A stretch of 64,000 bases of DNA from contig CBDASK010000003.1 of the NCBI GenBank assembly GCA_965199495.1, positions 1,184,001-1,248,000 of the forward strand. Reading direction: 5' to 3'. Both the position numbers and the translations under genes were made by a program. Under the pieces are notes generated by a model that was given only the letters and a program-made list of their open reading frames with translations, was not told where the DNA came from and ran no database searches. This document shows positions 29,852-39,937 of the stretch, piece after piece (within the stretch, counting starts at the first letter, position 1; each line of letters starts with the position of its first letter). Source of the stretch: Abditibacterium sp. Its GTDB lineage: Bacteria > Armatimonadota > Abditibacteriia > Abditibacteriales > Abditibacteriaceae.

Positions 29852-30925
29852 CTACCGGCGTGACTTACGTGCATCAGCAGTTTTTAGACGCAATGCTTTT
29901 CTGCGCTCGCGAATGAAAAACGTGCGTGTTTCTGGATCCGGAAACTGTTGCTTCAAGCGCTGTAAAACGCTCGACAAATGCACATGGCCCTCCCACGATG
30001 CGTTTTTGAATGCGCTGTGTTTCACGCCCGCCCTTTTGAGGGCGTCCCGGTAAGAAGGAAAGGATATCTCCGCCGGATCTTTTCCGAAACAACTGTCGCT
30101 GGGGCCAGTGAAAATTGCGTGAGCGTCGGTTATAATGAGGTTAATCAAAACGCCTTTTTCTTGAAACGCGACCACAGCCCCGCTTTCGAGTAGCGCGATG
30201 GCGTCGCGAGCCTGGGGCGCGCCGTCGCCATCCGCCCCCCAACCCAAATCGAACCAAACCAACTCGGTGGAAAAGTCATAGATGAAATGCAGATAGAGTT
30301 TGCCCAGCCGCTCCGGCGCGGCAATCGGGTAAAATGATTGAAAGACAAGTTGCCCCGGTTTTACACGCTGGCGAGACTGCTGATATTTCCGCAACTCTTT
30401 GAGTTTGCCGCGCCGATTCGGAAGTTTTTCGAGTTGCAATCGCGATCCGATGTCCGCCCAATTTGGGCACGCGCCCGTCTGTTCCATGTCCAACACGCGA
30501 CGAATAGTTGTGGCGCCACGAACGATGCCCTCGCGTTCCAAACGCTTTTTCAATTGCGCGCAACTGTCGTCAGGAAAATCTTCCGCCATTGTAAGGATGC
30601 GTTCGCGTTCGACCGGAGAAAGGTTGTGCGGGTGCGCGCGCGCCCGTTTTGAAAGGCTTTGAAGCCCGCCAATTGGATCTTCATAGCGGCGGGCGCGCCA
30701 TTTATAAAACTGGGAGCGCGTCACCCCCGCCTTTTCGCACGCCTCGCGAACGCTTGCTTTTTCGCCAATCAGAAGCTCGACCTTCTCCAATAACTCCTGG
30801 CGTCTCGCGACCGATAATTCTTGGCGTTTCGCGACCAATAATTTCTGGCGTTTTGCGGCCTCTTTCAAGTCTTTTTTTTCTACTTTTTTTCCGGGCCAAA
30901 ACCGTGAAGGCTTTCGTTTTATCAT
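29852..30925 (-). CDS. IS481-family transposase-like protein, degenerate catalytic core
   Basis: SVREACEKAGVTRSQFYKWR..R....GL...S.R...HP HTH; PGQLVFQS..., IITD; no NGxxER. Confidence 0.7.
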   Translation of the reverse strand: MIKRKPSRFWPGKKVEKKDLKEAAKRQKLLVAKRQELSVARRQELLEKVELLIGEKASVREACEKAGVTRSQFYKWRARRYEDPIGGLQSLSKRARAHPHNLSPVERERILTMAEDFPDDSCAQLKKRLEREGIVRGATTIRRVLDMEQTGACPNWADIGSRLQLEKLPNRRGKLKELRKYQQSRQRVKPGQLVFQSFYPIAAPERLGKLYLHFIYDFSTELVWFDLGWGADGDGAPQARDAIALLESGAVVAFQEKGVLINLIITDAHAIFTGPSDSCFGKDPAEISFPSYRDALKRAGVKHSAFKNASWEGHVHLSSVLQRLKQQFPDPETRTFFIRERRKALRLKTADARKSRR

Positions 30926-31050
30926 GTTTTTCTAAAAATCGATGGCGACAGTGGAGACGATTTCCCGATCAATTTTACTCGATTTCACGCTTGTGTCCTC
31001 GATCATGCGGATAGCGTTTTTGCCAGCGTTCGCGCTTCGTATTTGTCAGT

Positions 31051-32019
31051 GTGAAACATAATAATCTGCATACCCCCCATGCGGGGATTTCTGGCGCTAT
31101 TGCAGCGCCCAAAACGGCCTCGAAAACGGCCCCAGTGAACGGACAAACGGCCAACGACATTCCCGCAGATCTCAAATTCGCTGAAATCTTCGGGCTGGCT
31201 CGACAAGCCGTTCTGAAAGCGAAAAGCTATGCCAAATGGAGGGCGGAAACCAAAGCCGGCATTAAGGTCATCAAAACGATCGAAGAAGCAACGCCAGGAA
31301 TCGGCCCGAAGAACCGCGCGATCCCAACTTACGGTGCGATGGTCGATTTGGCCAGTAATACATACCTGCGCTCCGAAATTAGTCGGATACAGATGCTCGA
31401 AGCGGACGCAGACGCGATGCAAGAAATCGCCGCAGCCGCGGTTAAAACGCTCGTTTCATACTTTCGCGAGATCAAAGCAAACGGCCAGAGCGTGAAAGAA
31501 TCGCGGGAAGGGGAAGAAGTCACGGCGATCATTGCAGCCCTGCGCAAACAGTTCTGTTGTAGTATCGAGCGCGCGATTAGGGAGGCGGAAGCGGAGTTGC
31601 GTGATTTGCGCCAGCTGCTGGTTTGTATTGCCGCTTGTCCAAATGACGACGAGCGCGAGGCGATGCGCGAGACGGCTGTGCGAAAGTTTTTGGTGACCAT
31701 AAGCCGCGCGAAGTCGGAAGCAGATGCCGCTCTCGGCGATTTTGAAGCGGCGCGAAACAGTGCCGCTGGCATGGTTAAAATTGCGCAATTACACGCGGTT
31801 TCTGCCGTTGAAGAGCTTCCTGCTTTGCCCACAGGGTATTATACACCCAAAGATTTAGCGCGTTATCTCGGAACAGGGGAAAACAACATCCGTGGTCGTC
31901 TTAGCGAAATAGTTAAAAACGGGCGGCTATCAAAAGGCGATTTGAAGTGCGGAGGGCGCTGGGAAATTGATAATTCAATCGTCAATCGGGTCTACAAAAT
32001 CCTGAAAAGGAAGCGATAG
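31051..32019 (+). CDS. Helical protein with C-terminal excisionase/MerR-like HTH
   Basis: C-terminus YYTPKDLARYLGTGENNIRGRL...GRL....GGRWEI. Confidence 0.6.
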   Translation: MKHNNLHTPHAGISGAIAAPKTASKTAPVNGQTANDIPADLKFAEIFGLARQAVLKAKSYAKWRAETKAGIKVIKTIEEATPGIGPKNRAIPTYGAMVDLASNTYLRSEISRIQMLEADADAMQEIAAAAVKTLVSYFREIKANGQSVKESREGEEVTAIIAALRKQFCCSIERAIREAEAELRDLRQLLVCIAACPNDDEREAMRETAVRKFLVTISRAKSEADAALGDFEAARNSAAGMVKIAQLHAVSAVEELPALPTGYYTPKDLARYLGTGENNIRGRLSEIVKNGRLSKGDLKCGGRWEIDNSIVNRVYKILKRKR

Positions 32020-32574
32020 AAAGCCTAATTTTCCGACTCCTACATCCGATCATCCGCCTTTACTACTCGCCATTTTACGTTTCGCCAGAGAGATAAAATG
32101 GCGTTTGGCTGGCGTTTGGCTTTTTCGGGATTTGATCTCTAGTAGCCTTTCTAAGCGCAGGAAACGGCAAGTTGCAGTTTGAAGTAGCAACAACGAATCA
32201 GAACAGATTTGCTTCACCAAAAAATCTGTTCTCGATGCGATTGGCATGCGAGAACAAACAACAATCACCGGATCCGCGAGGAGTAAACCCAAGCCGTAGC
32301 AACGGTGATAAGAGACAACTTCAAATATTCCGAACTGAAAGCGGCGTTGCGTCCATGCTGCCAGGCCCGAACACAACGCCGCTTTCACCCCTGTCGCTTT
32401 ATGAGAAGCGACGCTAACAACCCACAGTCGAAGACCGAAAGGCTCATTTTTAGTTTAACCACCGCGAGACACGGCGAAAACACTCGGCGCGCTCCCATAG
32501 GCGCCAAGTATTTTTAAACCAAAACAATTTCGTCATCTTCGACTTCGATCGACTTATATATAGGAGTCAAACAC

Positions 32575-33504
32575 ATGTTATTCAAAAATCTATCAGAAGA
32601 GCGCGAAAGTGTACAGACAAAAAAGACAACGCCCAATGGCTTTGCCAATGGCGTATATCTGACCGACACAACGTCGGCAACGGCAGCAGCAATGCCAGAT
32701 CGGAATTCGGTGGCTTCCGAGTCAACGAACGACGAAGTGGGCGCTTCGCCGGACATGCAAAGAGGTCACGACGAATTTCGTCATGGTCAATCGAGCGCCC
32801 CGGGAAACACACACTTTGTTTGTCCGCACCAGGGAGTCACTCGCAAACGACGCATTGCCGTATTCGGTGACGGGGGGCCAAGTAGTTTGGTTACTTCCGC
32901 CAGTATCGCTTTCACGCAGGGCATTCAGAGAAGCTCGACAGAGCTTATTTCCATTCCAAATGAGGTTGAATTCTTGTCATCTCCTTTTTCCGAAAGGCTG
33001 GACTTGATCATCGCGGACGAGCTGGGGTTGCCCCGTGGCGATGAGCGGGAAAGGTTAATAGATCATGTGTGTGCGAGTCCAACTATGCCGATTTTTATCG
33101 GTAACCCAGGTTCGAAGTTCGCAAAAAGGTTGCCTCCAGCACAGGTTCGGCGCTTCCCAAAGACTCATGCCGAAGTGGATGATGTAGTTTTCCAAATGTT
33201 TTTTGGGCCACCACCTGTTGCGGCGTTGACGCTTCACCTTTACGACGTTCTCGCCTGGCTTCCCGACATAACATCGCCGATCGAGGTCGCCGATTATTTG
33301 GAGTTTCTGCACCCGGAGCAATATGCGGATGCATTGCAATCTCTTCGGGGCTGTAATAATCCTCGCAGTATTCTTCGTTGGAAATTGCTCGAAGTTTTGG
33401 GCGACTTGCTGTTCGGGGAGGAAAGGTTCAACATCGAGGCCGACCTACTACCGTTCGGCGATCACTTGAACTTCGCTCTGGTGAAAACAGTGGCTCAACA
33501 ATAA
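32575..33504 (+). CDS. Hypothetical protein with degenerate IstB/DnaC-like ATPase segment
   Basis: LDLIIADELG (Walker-B-like) and IFIGN; the P-loop position reads IAVFGDGGPSSL without GK[ST]; GGAG RBS. Confidence 0.5.
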   Translation: MLFKNLSEERESVQTKKTTPNGFANGVYLTDTTSATAAAMPDRNSVASESTNDEVGASPDMQRGHDEFRHGQSSAPGNTHFVCPHQGVTRKRRIAVFGDGGPSSLVTSASIAFTQGIQRSSTELISIPNEVEFLSSPFSERLDLIIADELGLPRGDERERLIDHVCASPTMPIFIGNPGSKFAKRLPPAQVRRFPKTHAEVDDVVFQMFFGPPPVAALTLHLYDVLAWLPDITSPIEVADYLEFLHPEQYADALQSLRGCNNPRSILRWKLLEVLGDLLFGEERFNIEADLLPFGDHLNFALVKTVAQQ

Positions 33505-33636
33505 CAATCTTTAGCGGATTGTTCGGAAGCCGCCATGCCAACAAAGCGTGGCGGCTTCCATATCCTCAACTCGGGGTGTTTCACATGCCCCCACCCTTTT
33601 TGAGTGCCACCCGAATATAACGGCACACCAAACATC

Positions 33637-34071
33637 ATGAAAAACGATAACGCCGCTTACGAGCGCACAAACCAATGGGCGGAGTTGAACGATCCCCAAT
33701 CGTCCGACGCCACCCAAATCAGAAACGAGTTGGTAAAGGCACCATCTCTCAAACCCAATACGATAGCAGAAGTCGAAAGCTTTGCCAGAGTCGTATTACG
33801 AAAAGCTTGCGATTGTCGCATCAGATCGACTGTCGAGTCCATCATCAGCGATTTCATCGACCACAGCGACCAAACATACGACCTTTTTGAAGAGATCGGC
33901 ACGTTCTACCACGGCCACGGCATTGCCGAGGAGATGATTGAGTGGTTCTCCGTCAAAGAGGTGATGCGAATTCTCTTGTCTTCCGCCTTCGGGCGAAAGT
34001 TCGAGGTTCGGAAGCGAATGCTGACACGCTACGAATTCGAGGACGCTCGCGTCTACCTTGCCGAGCGGTGA
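33637..34071 (+). CDS. Hypothetical protein
   Basis: ~144 aa ORF co-oriented with its neighbours, followed by a hairpin. Confidence 0.55.
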   Translation: MKNDNAAYERTNQWAELNDPQSSDATQIRNELVKAPSLKPNTIAEVESFARVVLRKACDCRIRSTVESIISDFIDHSDQTYDLFEEIGTFYHGHGIAEEMIEWFSVKEVMRILLSSAFGRKFEVRKRMLTRYEFEDARVYLAER

Positions 34072-34165
34072 AGCAAACAAAGCCGGATGTAACGTTTCTC
34101 ACGTCGCACCCGGCCTTCAACTATTCCCTCGATATGAGTCGGGTGCTTTTGCCCCCTTGATTTCA

Positions 34166-34200
34166 GCAATGGGCGCGCGAGTCACTCGCGCGCCCATTGC
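34166..34200 (+). terminator. Hairpin / probable terminator
   Basis: GCAATGGGCGCGCGAGT-c-ACTCGCGCGCCCATTGC followed by GTTTATTT. Confidence 0.65.
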
Positions 34201-34340
34201 GTTTATTTCTCAAGTTACCCGCCAATTTTCGTGCACGCGGTTGCTCGGCCTGAGTGGCGCATTCCCGACTTGGAAGCGAGGGCGAATTCGCCCCATCGAC
34301 ACCTCATAGATGATTTAGCTACTGACATATAGAGACAATT

Positions 34341-37028
34341 ATGAACTCTCATCCCTCTTCACCACCCGGCGATGAGCGGCGAAAGGACATATCGTGCGGC
34401 ATTCCGCGCGATATTTCTTGCGACGTCCCGGGCGATATACCGGGCGATGAAGCGCTGCCCGTCACCTCCCATTTGACCGATGCCCAAACGACTGTTTTCG
34501 CGCCCGAACCAAAGCCCAAAGCCACGGGCGAAATAGCGCAGGAACCGATTCACGGAGAAAACGAAACAGCGAAACAGCGGCCCCTTTTTACGGAGTGGCC
34601 GAGCGCGCAAACATTACGCGCTTTGCTGCGCTGTTCCTATTCCAAATGTCCCTGTCAACGTGAAGGACGCGACGTTCACTGTCCGGCCCACGATGACCGG
34701 CGCCCCAGTCTCAGCCTGGGCGAAAGCGCGGAAGACGGCAAACCGTTGTGGAAGTGCCGCGCCGGTTGCACGCAGCACGAAGTCACTGCCGCCCTACGCC
34801 ATCGCATCACCACTGATCCCCTGATCGCGCAAATTGCCCTGCGCGGAACCTCCGCCGATCCCATGCGATCGGCCCCAAACCCCGATATGATTCAAAACAC
34901 AAACACTCACGATAGCGCCGCGATGATTGGCGAATGCGAATGCGATTCCAATGCAGACGCGGAAACTTACGAAGCAGAAACGCAGGAAGATGGTTTCATA
35001 ACGGAGACAACGTCCCCCGAGGACGAGTCGCCATCGAAAAGCGAAGCTGATGAGCAGGAAAAGCACGGCGAAAAAGATGTGAATCCTGAAGCTGCGGAGG
35101 CTGGTCCCGAAGCTGTGGAATCCGATGTGGACGTTGCAGAGACGGCTTCGGAAAGTGCGATTGACGAAGCCGACATTCCTTGCGATCAAACTCCGCCTCG
35201 ACCGCTCAAGACCTTGCGCGAGCGCGGTATCACCAACGAAACGCGCAAGCATTTTGGCCTCGAGGATTATTACCAGTTGGGGGTTGCCTACCACTGCGAT
35301 TTAACTCTGAGAGAGGGGCGATACCGCGTCAAAAGCTTCTTCCCCAATTTCTCCTCATTTTTCTGGATGAATGGCGACGAGGAAAAGTCGAGATTCTATA
35401 ATATCGGCGCAATACCCGATGACTGCGAGCGCATAATTTATGATCTCTACCTCGTTCAAGGCGAGGCCGATGTTTGGATCATGCACCAATGCGGCTTTTT
35501 GGCCATCTCATTCATCGGCAGTCGCGACCCGCGATTGTTGGCCAGGGTGCTGGTCGCATATGGCGTAAATTCCATCAACATAATTTTCGACAACACCCTG
35601 GCCGGTCGGCGCGCAACGTTAGAAACCTGCGAGGTTCTCTACGAGCGAATCCATATCAACGCGTTACTGTTGGAGGGCGCGCATGGTTTGAGCGTTACCA
35701 CCCTGTTCGAGCGTGTCGGCTTCAATCGAGAAAAATTTCGCGACGAGATCGAGACTTTGCGCCGGATGCCGAGTAATGTTTTCGACTCATGGAGAAACGA
35801 CCCCGAGACTATGAAAGATGGCTTGCCCGAAGTCGGCGCCGACGATGACGGGCTTTTGCCCTGTTACAGTGTGGATGATCTGAGGCTACTGCCCAGAACG
35901 CAAGCCTTGATCGAGGACATGATGCTGTCGGAAGGCGTGACACTAATTTCGGGCAGACACTCTTCGGGCAAATCATTCGTGGCGCTTGGCATGGGACTTT
36001 CGGTTAGCCAGGAGCTACCGTGGCAAGGCAAAAAGACGGGATCTGGAGCCGTCTTCTACTTTAGCGCCGAGGGGACCGAAGGGCTTTACAATCGGATTTG
36101 CGCCTGGCAGCAAACGCATGGCGTCGGGGAGATAACAAACTTTGCCGTGGTCAAAGACGCGGTCTATATCGTCGATGCGGCGGCGCGGCAACGCGTGGTC
36201 GACACTGTTCGTGCCCAACTGCAAAAGATGGGGCTCGCGCTCGACGGCGCCGCGCTTTTGATCTTCGACACACTGGAGCGTTACCGGGGCGCTCTCAATG
36301 AAAACGACACCAACGACATGGGGCTTTTCATGGACGCTGCGGAAGAGATCGGGCGCGAACTGGGTGCTGCGGTGCTGGTCGTTCACCACAACAACCGCGA
36401 AGGTGGCCATCGCGGCTCGTCGGTTTTGACTGATAACGCCGTTGGCCACCTGGAAATTAGCAACCCTCCAAGCAAGGGCCAGGGCCAGAAAATCAAAATT
36501 CGAGTCGCCAAGCTGAAGGACTTTGCGCAGGGCCACAGCCTGACCCTGGGAAGCCAGGTCGTTGAAATCGGCGGCGTTGACGAATTTGGAAAGCCGTTGT
36601 CGTCGCTGGTTATAGTGCTGGACAAGAGTGCTGAAACCAAAGGCGAACAGCTTTCTCCCAAGGAAAATGACGCGCTGCAGGCGTTATTGCAATTGGGCGA
36701 TGTGGGCGCGACATCGACAGTGTGGAAAAAGGCCGCTGCCGCGAAAGGTGTTTCCAGCACAAGCTTCGATCGTGCCAGAATTAAATTGCTCGCTGAACAC
36801 GCGGTCGAGTGCGACAATTCAGACGCTTCTGGCGCGCTTTACAAAGCCGTCGAGGGTTGGTCCGACTCGCCCACAGAAAATGATGAGAAAAACGAATCAG
36901 ATGTCGAGGACGACGAAAATGAGACTCCTCTTGTGCCTTACCATTATCAGTTGAAGGAGGGCGACCCCGAAGTTGACGAATGGAACCCGGTCGGCGAATG
37001 GATAGTGAGATACAAAAGGGAAAGTTAG
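34341..37028 (+). CDS. Primase-helicase fusion (Zn finger + TOPRIM-like + AAA_25/RepA-type SF4 helicase)
   Basis: CPAHDDRRPSLSL...WKCRAGC; acidic linker; LVQGEAD...IIFDNTLAG; GRHSSGKS; LLIFDT; LVVHH...RGSS. Confidence 0.88.
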   Translation: MNSHPSSPPGDERRKDISCGIPRDISCDVPGDIPGDEALPVTSHLTDAQTTVFAPEPKPKATGEIAQEPIHGENETAKQRPLFTEWPSAQTLRALLRCSYSKCPCQREGRDVHCPAHDDRRPSLSLGESAEDGKPLWKCRAGCTQHEVTAALRHRITTDPLIAQIALRGTSADPMRSAPNPDMIQNTNTHDSAAMIGECECDSNADAETYEAETQEDGFITETTSPEDESPSKSEADEQEKHGEKDVNPEAAEAGPEAVESDVDVAETASESAIDEADIPCDQTPPRPLKTLRERGITNETRKHFGLEDYYQLGVAYHCDLTLREGRYRVKSFFPNFSSFFWMNGDEEKSRFYNIGAIPDDCERIIYDLYLVQGEADVWIMHQCGFLAISFIGSRDPRLLARVLVAYGVNSINIIFDNTLAGRRATLETCEVLYERIHINALLLEGAHGLSVTTLFERVGFNREKFRDEIETLRRMPSNVFDSWRNDPETMKDGLPEVGADDDGLLPCYSVDDLRLLPRTQALIEDMMLSEGVTLISGRHSSGKSFVALGMGLSVSQELPWQGKKTGSGAVFYFSAEGTEGLYNRICAWQQTHGVGEITNFAVVKDAVYIVDAAARQRVVDTVRAQLQKMGLALDGAALLIFDTLERYRGALNENDTNDMGLFMDAAEEIGRELGAAVLVVHHNNREGGHRGSSVLTDNAVGHLEISNPPSKGQGQKIKIRVAKLKDFAQGHSLTLGSQVVEIGGVDEFGKPLSSLVIVLDKSAETKGEQLSPKENDALQALLQLGDVGATSTVWKKAAAAKGVSSTSFDRARIKLLAEHAVECDNSDASGALYKAVEGWSDSPTENDEKNESDVEDDENETPLVPYHYQLKEGDPEVDEWNPVGEWIVRYKRES

Positions 37029-37051
37029 GTCAAAGGCCGGTGAGTTTTGGG

Positions 37052-37083
37052 CGAGGGGCCGGTTCCACAGAACCGGCCCCTCG
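37052..37083 (+). terminator. Intrinsic terminator
   Basis: CGAGGGGCCGGTTC-caca-GAACCGGCCCCTCG-TTTT downstream of the primase-helicase. Confidence 0.8.
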
Positions 37084-37445
37084 TTTTATCTGCACATCAC
37101 TCGCGCGATTCGCTTGGGTGATGGCGACCATAAAGTCCGTCACCAATAGACCTTGCGCGATAGAAACGTCCGCCCCAACGACTCGCATTATCAGCGCCTC
37201 GAATTGGTTCGAGGCGCCAACTGGACAAACGCCTTCTCACCCGTCGCACACCCGTCGCACACGCGCGCAAAGGAGTTCGAGCAGTAACGCGTCGGCGGCG
37301 AAAGTGCGTGGCGCGCGCCCGCCCGATATTCTCTGGCATATCGTGGCCATCCTGATAAACACAATTTCAATCCGGAGTTTCGCTTTAACTCACGCTAATT
37401 CCTAATATGAATTTTCGTTCGCAGGTGCCGCTTCAACCATCCGCC

Positions 37446-37727
37446 TCAACCAATTGCGGTATTTCCGTCCTGTTCCAAATCGGCGAACAACCGGGCCAGC
37501 GTCATTTGCAAGGCGCGCGCGATTTTGGCGGCAGTTTCGATCGTCACCGTTTTCTCGCCGCGTTCGATGGCGCCGACATAGGTGCGGTGAACGCCAACAC
37601 GAAAAGCGAATTCTTCTTGCGACCAACCGGCCTCATTTCTCAAGCGCCGCACCAGACGACCAAACCGCAGAGCCAGAGAAGGCAACGCGGCATCGGAAAA
37701 AGTCGGAATTAAAGGGGGCGTATCCAC
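37446..37727 (-). CDS. XRE-family HTH regulator (C-protein-like)
   Basis: FGRLVRRLRNEAGWSQEEFAFRVGVHRTYVGAIERGEKTVTI..AAKIARAL. Confidence 0.9.
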   Translation of the reverse strand: MDTPPLIPTFSDAALPSLALRFGRLVRRLRNEAGWSQEEFAFRVGVHRTYVGAIERGEKTVTIETAAKIARALQMTLARLFADLEQDGNTAIG

Positions 37728-37742
37728 CTTCAGAGGAAACGG

Positions 37743-37864
37743 CTTTGATAGCTAAAGCTCTACATTCTAAAGATAGCATCGCTTTCAATAGAGCGGCCAG
37801 TAGGGGCAAATCGTCTTTGCCCTTGTTGCCAATTTTTCCCTGCGTTATGCTATCTAAAGATAGC
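37743..37864. promoter_or_regulatory. Candidate operator sites in a divergent promoter region
   Basis: TCTAAAGATAGC at 37766-37777 and 37853-37864; the second is within near-palindrome GCTATCTAAAGATAGC; third GATAGC at ~37747. Confidence 0.55.
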
Positions 37865-37913
37865 GAGCAGCGCCTGATTTCAAGCGACTGTCGCTCAAGT
37901 AGGAACTGACTTT

Positions 37914-38900
37914 ATGACACCTCCCCCCACTCCGCCGCCCTCGCCGTTTGATCCCGGTTCGACGCCACCACCTTCGCCTTTCAATTCCGCGCCGACTGCG
38001 CCCTCTTCGCCTCCCAATAATCCAGTGCCCGCTCCAGACTTGCCCTGGTATGCCCGGCCATGGGCAACTATTGTGGCATTGGTCGTCTTCCCACTTCAGC
38101 CCGTGGGGATTTTCTTGATGTGGAAATACCGCGACTGGGAGCGCGGCCCCAAAGTCGTCGCAACAATCGTTTCGTTGGTTTTCTTTTCGAGCTTGTTGCC
38201 CAAATCGCCCGACACAGCAGCGACGCGCACGGCTTCCAATTCGCCATCGGCCACCGCGTCCGCCAAACAAGTGGAGCCAAATGAGCAACCCGCCGCCGCG
38301 CCCAAAGTTGTGGCACCAGACAACTCTACAGCGAAATCCCCCAAAAAGCCCGCTTCAAAACCTGCCGCATCCGCGCCGAAAACTCGGAGCAAGCCAATTC
38401 TGACGGATGAAGATGAGCAACCGAGATCAGACAAAGCACCGGTAGAGGCAATCCCGCGTAACGTCAAAGTCATGGACATTCCAAACGTGGGCAAGCGCCA
38501 GGTCGGAATCGTGAATGACGTGGTTTACGCCGTTTTGGAAGTGGAGAAAACTTCGTCTATCAACACTCCCATCGGTACAACCCAGGCCGGTGGCGCCTTC
38601 TTCGTTTTGACGGTGCGCGCTTTTAACAACGACAAAAAGACCCACGACGTCACCACGGGATTTATTAAGCTGCTCGATGACCAAGACCGCGAGTTCGATC
38701 CCTCCTCCGAAGGCGCCAGCGCGCTTCAGATGGCGGGCGAAGAGCGCATCGAGAGGTTTTCAGTTCAGTTGCAACCCGGCATCACCAAGGAGTTCGTTCT
38801 GATCTACGATGCGCCCGACGACGCCAGTGGTCTGCGCCTCAAAATCCCCGCGAAATCTTTCTCTCTGGATACCGATGCGATCATCAAACTTCCAAATTAA
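37914..38900 (+). CDS. Membrane-anchored DUF4352-domain protein
   Basis: Pro-rich N-terminus, PWYARPW + 2 TM, AP/K linker, FFVLTV...N.......IKLLDDQDREFD...LQPG...VLIYDAP. Confidence 0.8.
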   Translation: MTPPPTPPPSPFDPGSTPPPSPFNSAPTAPSSPPNNPVPAPDLPWYARPWATIVALVVFPLQPVGIFLMWKYRDWERGPKVVATIVSLVFFSSLLPKSPDTAATRTASNSPSATASAKQVEPNEQPAAAPKVVAPDNSTAKSPKKPASKPAASAPKTRSKPILTDEDEQPRSDKAPVEAIPRNVKVMDIPNVGKRQVGIVNDVVYAVLEVEKTSSINTPIGTTQAGGAFFVLTVRAFNNDKKTHDVTTGFIKLLDDQDREFDPSSEGASALQMAGEERIERFSVQLQPGITKEFVLIYDAPDDASGLRLKIPAKSFSLDTDAIIKLPN

Positions 38901-38998
38901 CTTGGACAAGAACGAGACTCCGCTTTTCTGGCACAGCGGCAGAAGCTCACATCGAGCCTCGACCAATGGCGCCATCTCCTCAATTACAGCCTTAGATC

Positions 38999-39730
38999 AT
39001 GTCGCAAAATCAGTTACCAAATACTTCAACGCCACCTTCTGCGCCGCCGCAGTTGCAGTTCTTTGTCGCGCGTCCAGAGCAAAACTATGGGCCTTACACG
39101 TTGCAAGAAGTCAACAGCCATTTGGTTACCGGGAATATCAAGGCGACCGATCTCGCCTGGTATGAGGGCGCGCTTGGCTGGATGCCTTTGAACCAAATCT
39201 CGGGCGTCGTCATTCCTCCGACGCCCGTTGCGCCGCCGCCCGCTTCTTACCCGCAACCGGCGCATCCAAATCCGTTTCACCCGAACCCAGCACACCCGAA
39301 CCCGGCACACCCGTCGGGCGAACATGGGGAAGAAAGCACGATATTCGACACCACGCCCTCGTTTTTATCGGACATCGGGCTGTGCCTTCTGACGGGCGGG
39401 TTTTGGCTCGCCGTTACGGTATGTAGATGCCTGAGCGTTCGCTACAAACTGACGACCGAGCGGTTGATCGTAACGAGCGGGCTGTTGTCCCAGCGTTCCG
39501 AAGAAGTTGAAATCTATCGCGTGAAAGATGTTTCCGTTTCGCAAGGCGCGTTGGATCGGATGGTGGGTATCGGAACGATCACGGTTATGGTGAGCGACGC
39601 GTCCTCGCCGCGCATCGAACTCAAAGCCATCAGCCAACCGATGAAAAGGAAGGAACAGATTCGCCAAATGTCGCGCGCTTCCCGCAAAACCGAAGGCGTT
39701 CGATCGGTGGAATACCTGCCGCCATCGTGA
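38999..39730 (+). CDS. GYF_2 (DUF4339) + bacterial PH-domain membrane protein
   Basis: QNYGPYT...G.I...DLAWYEG..GW.PL; YKLTTERLIVTSGLLS...E.YRVKDVSVSQG.LDRM.GIGTI. Confidence 0.85.
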   Translation: MSQNQLPNTSTPPSAPPQLQFFVARPEQNYGPYTLQEVNSHLVTGNIKATDLAWYEGALGWMPLNQISGVVIPPTPVAPPPASYPQPAHPNPFHPNPAHPNPAHPSGEHGEESTIFDTTPSFLSDIGLCLLTGGFWLAVTVCRCLSVRYKLTTERLIVTSGLLSQRSEEVEIYRVKDVSVSQGALDRMVGIGTITVMVSDASSPRIELKAISQPMKRKEQIRQMSRASRKTEGVRSVEYLPPS

Positions 39731-39937
39731 TTTGTGCATGGTGATTTGCAAGTGGTAATTCCGCGCATAAGAATTGGTTATCAGTTGTTTTATAATCCCC
39801 CCTGACAATTCAAATTCAGGTTCACTAATATATCAAATAACCTTCATCAAAACTAAGTTGACTTCTACCTTTCCAATTCCCTATAATTTTAGATCTGTAT
39901 ATTTTCAGTCAGTTTTCGCTAATTTAAACTTTGGGAT

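Noticed and set aside
29852..30925. Active IS481 insertion sequence
   Set aside because: Catalytic triad looks incomplete and no terminal inverted repeats were found.
39250..39312. 15-bp tandem repeat (HPNPA)n
   Set aside because: Ordinary low-complexity linker inside the GYF_2-PH protein.
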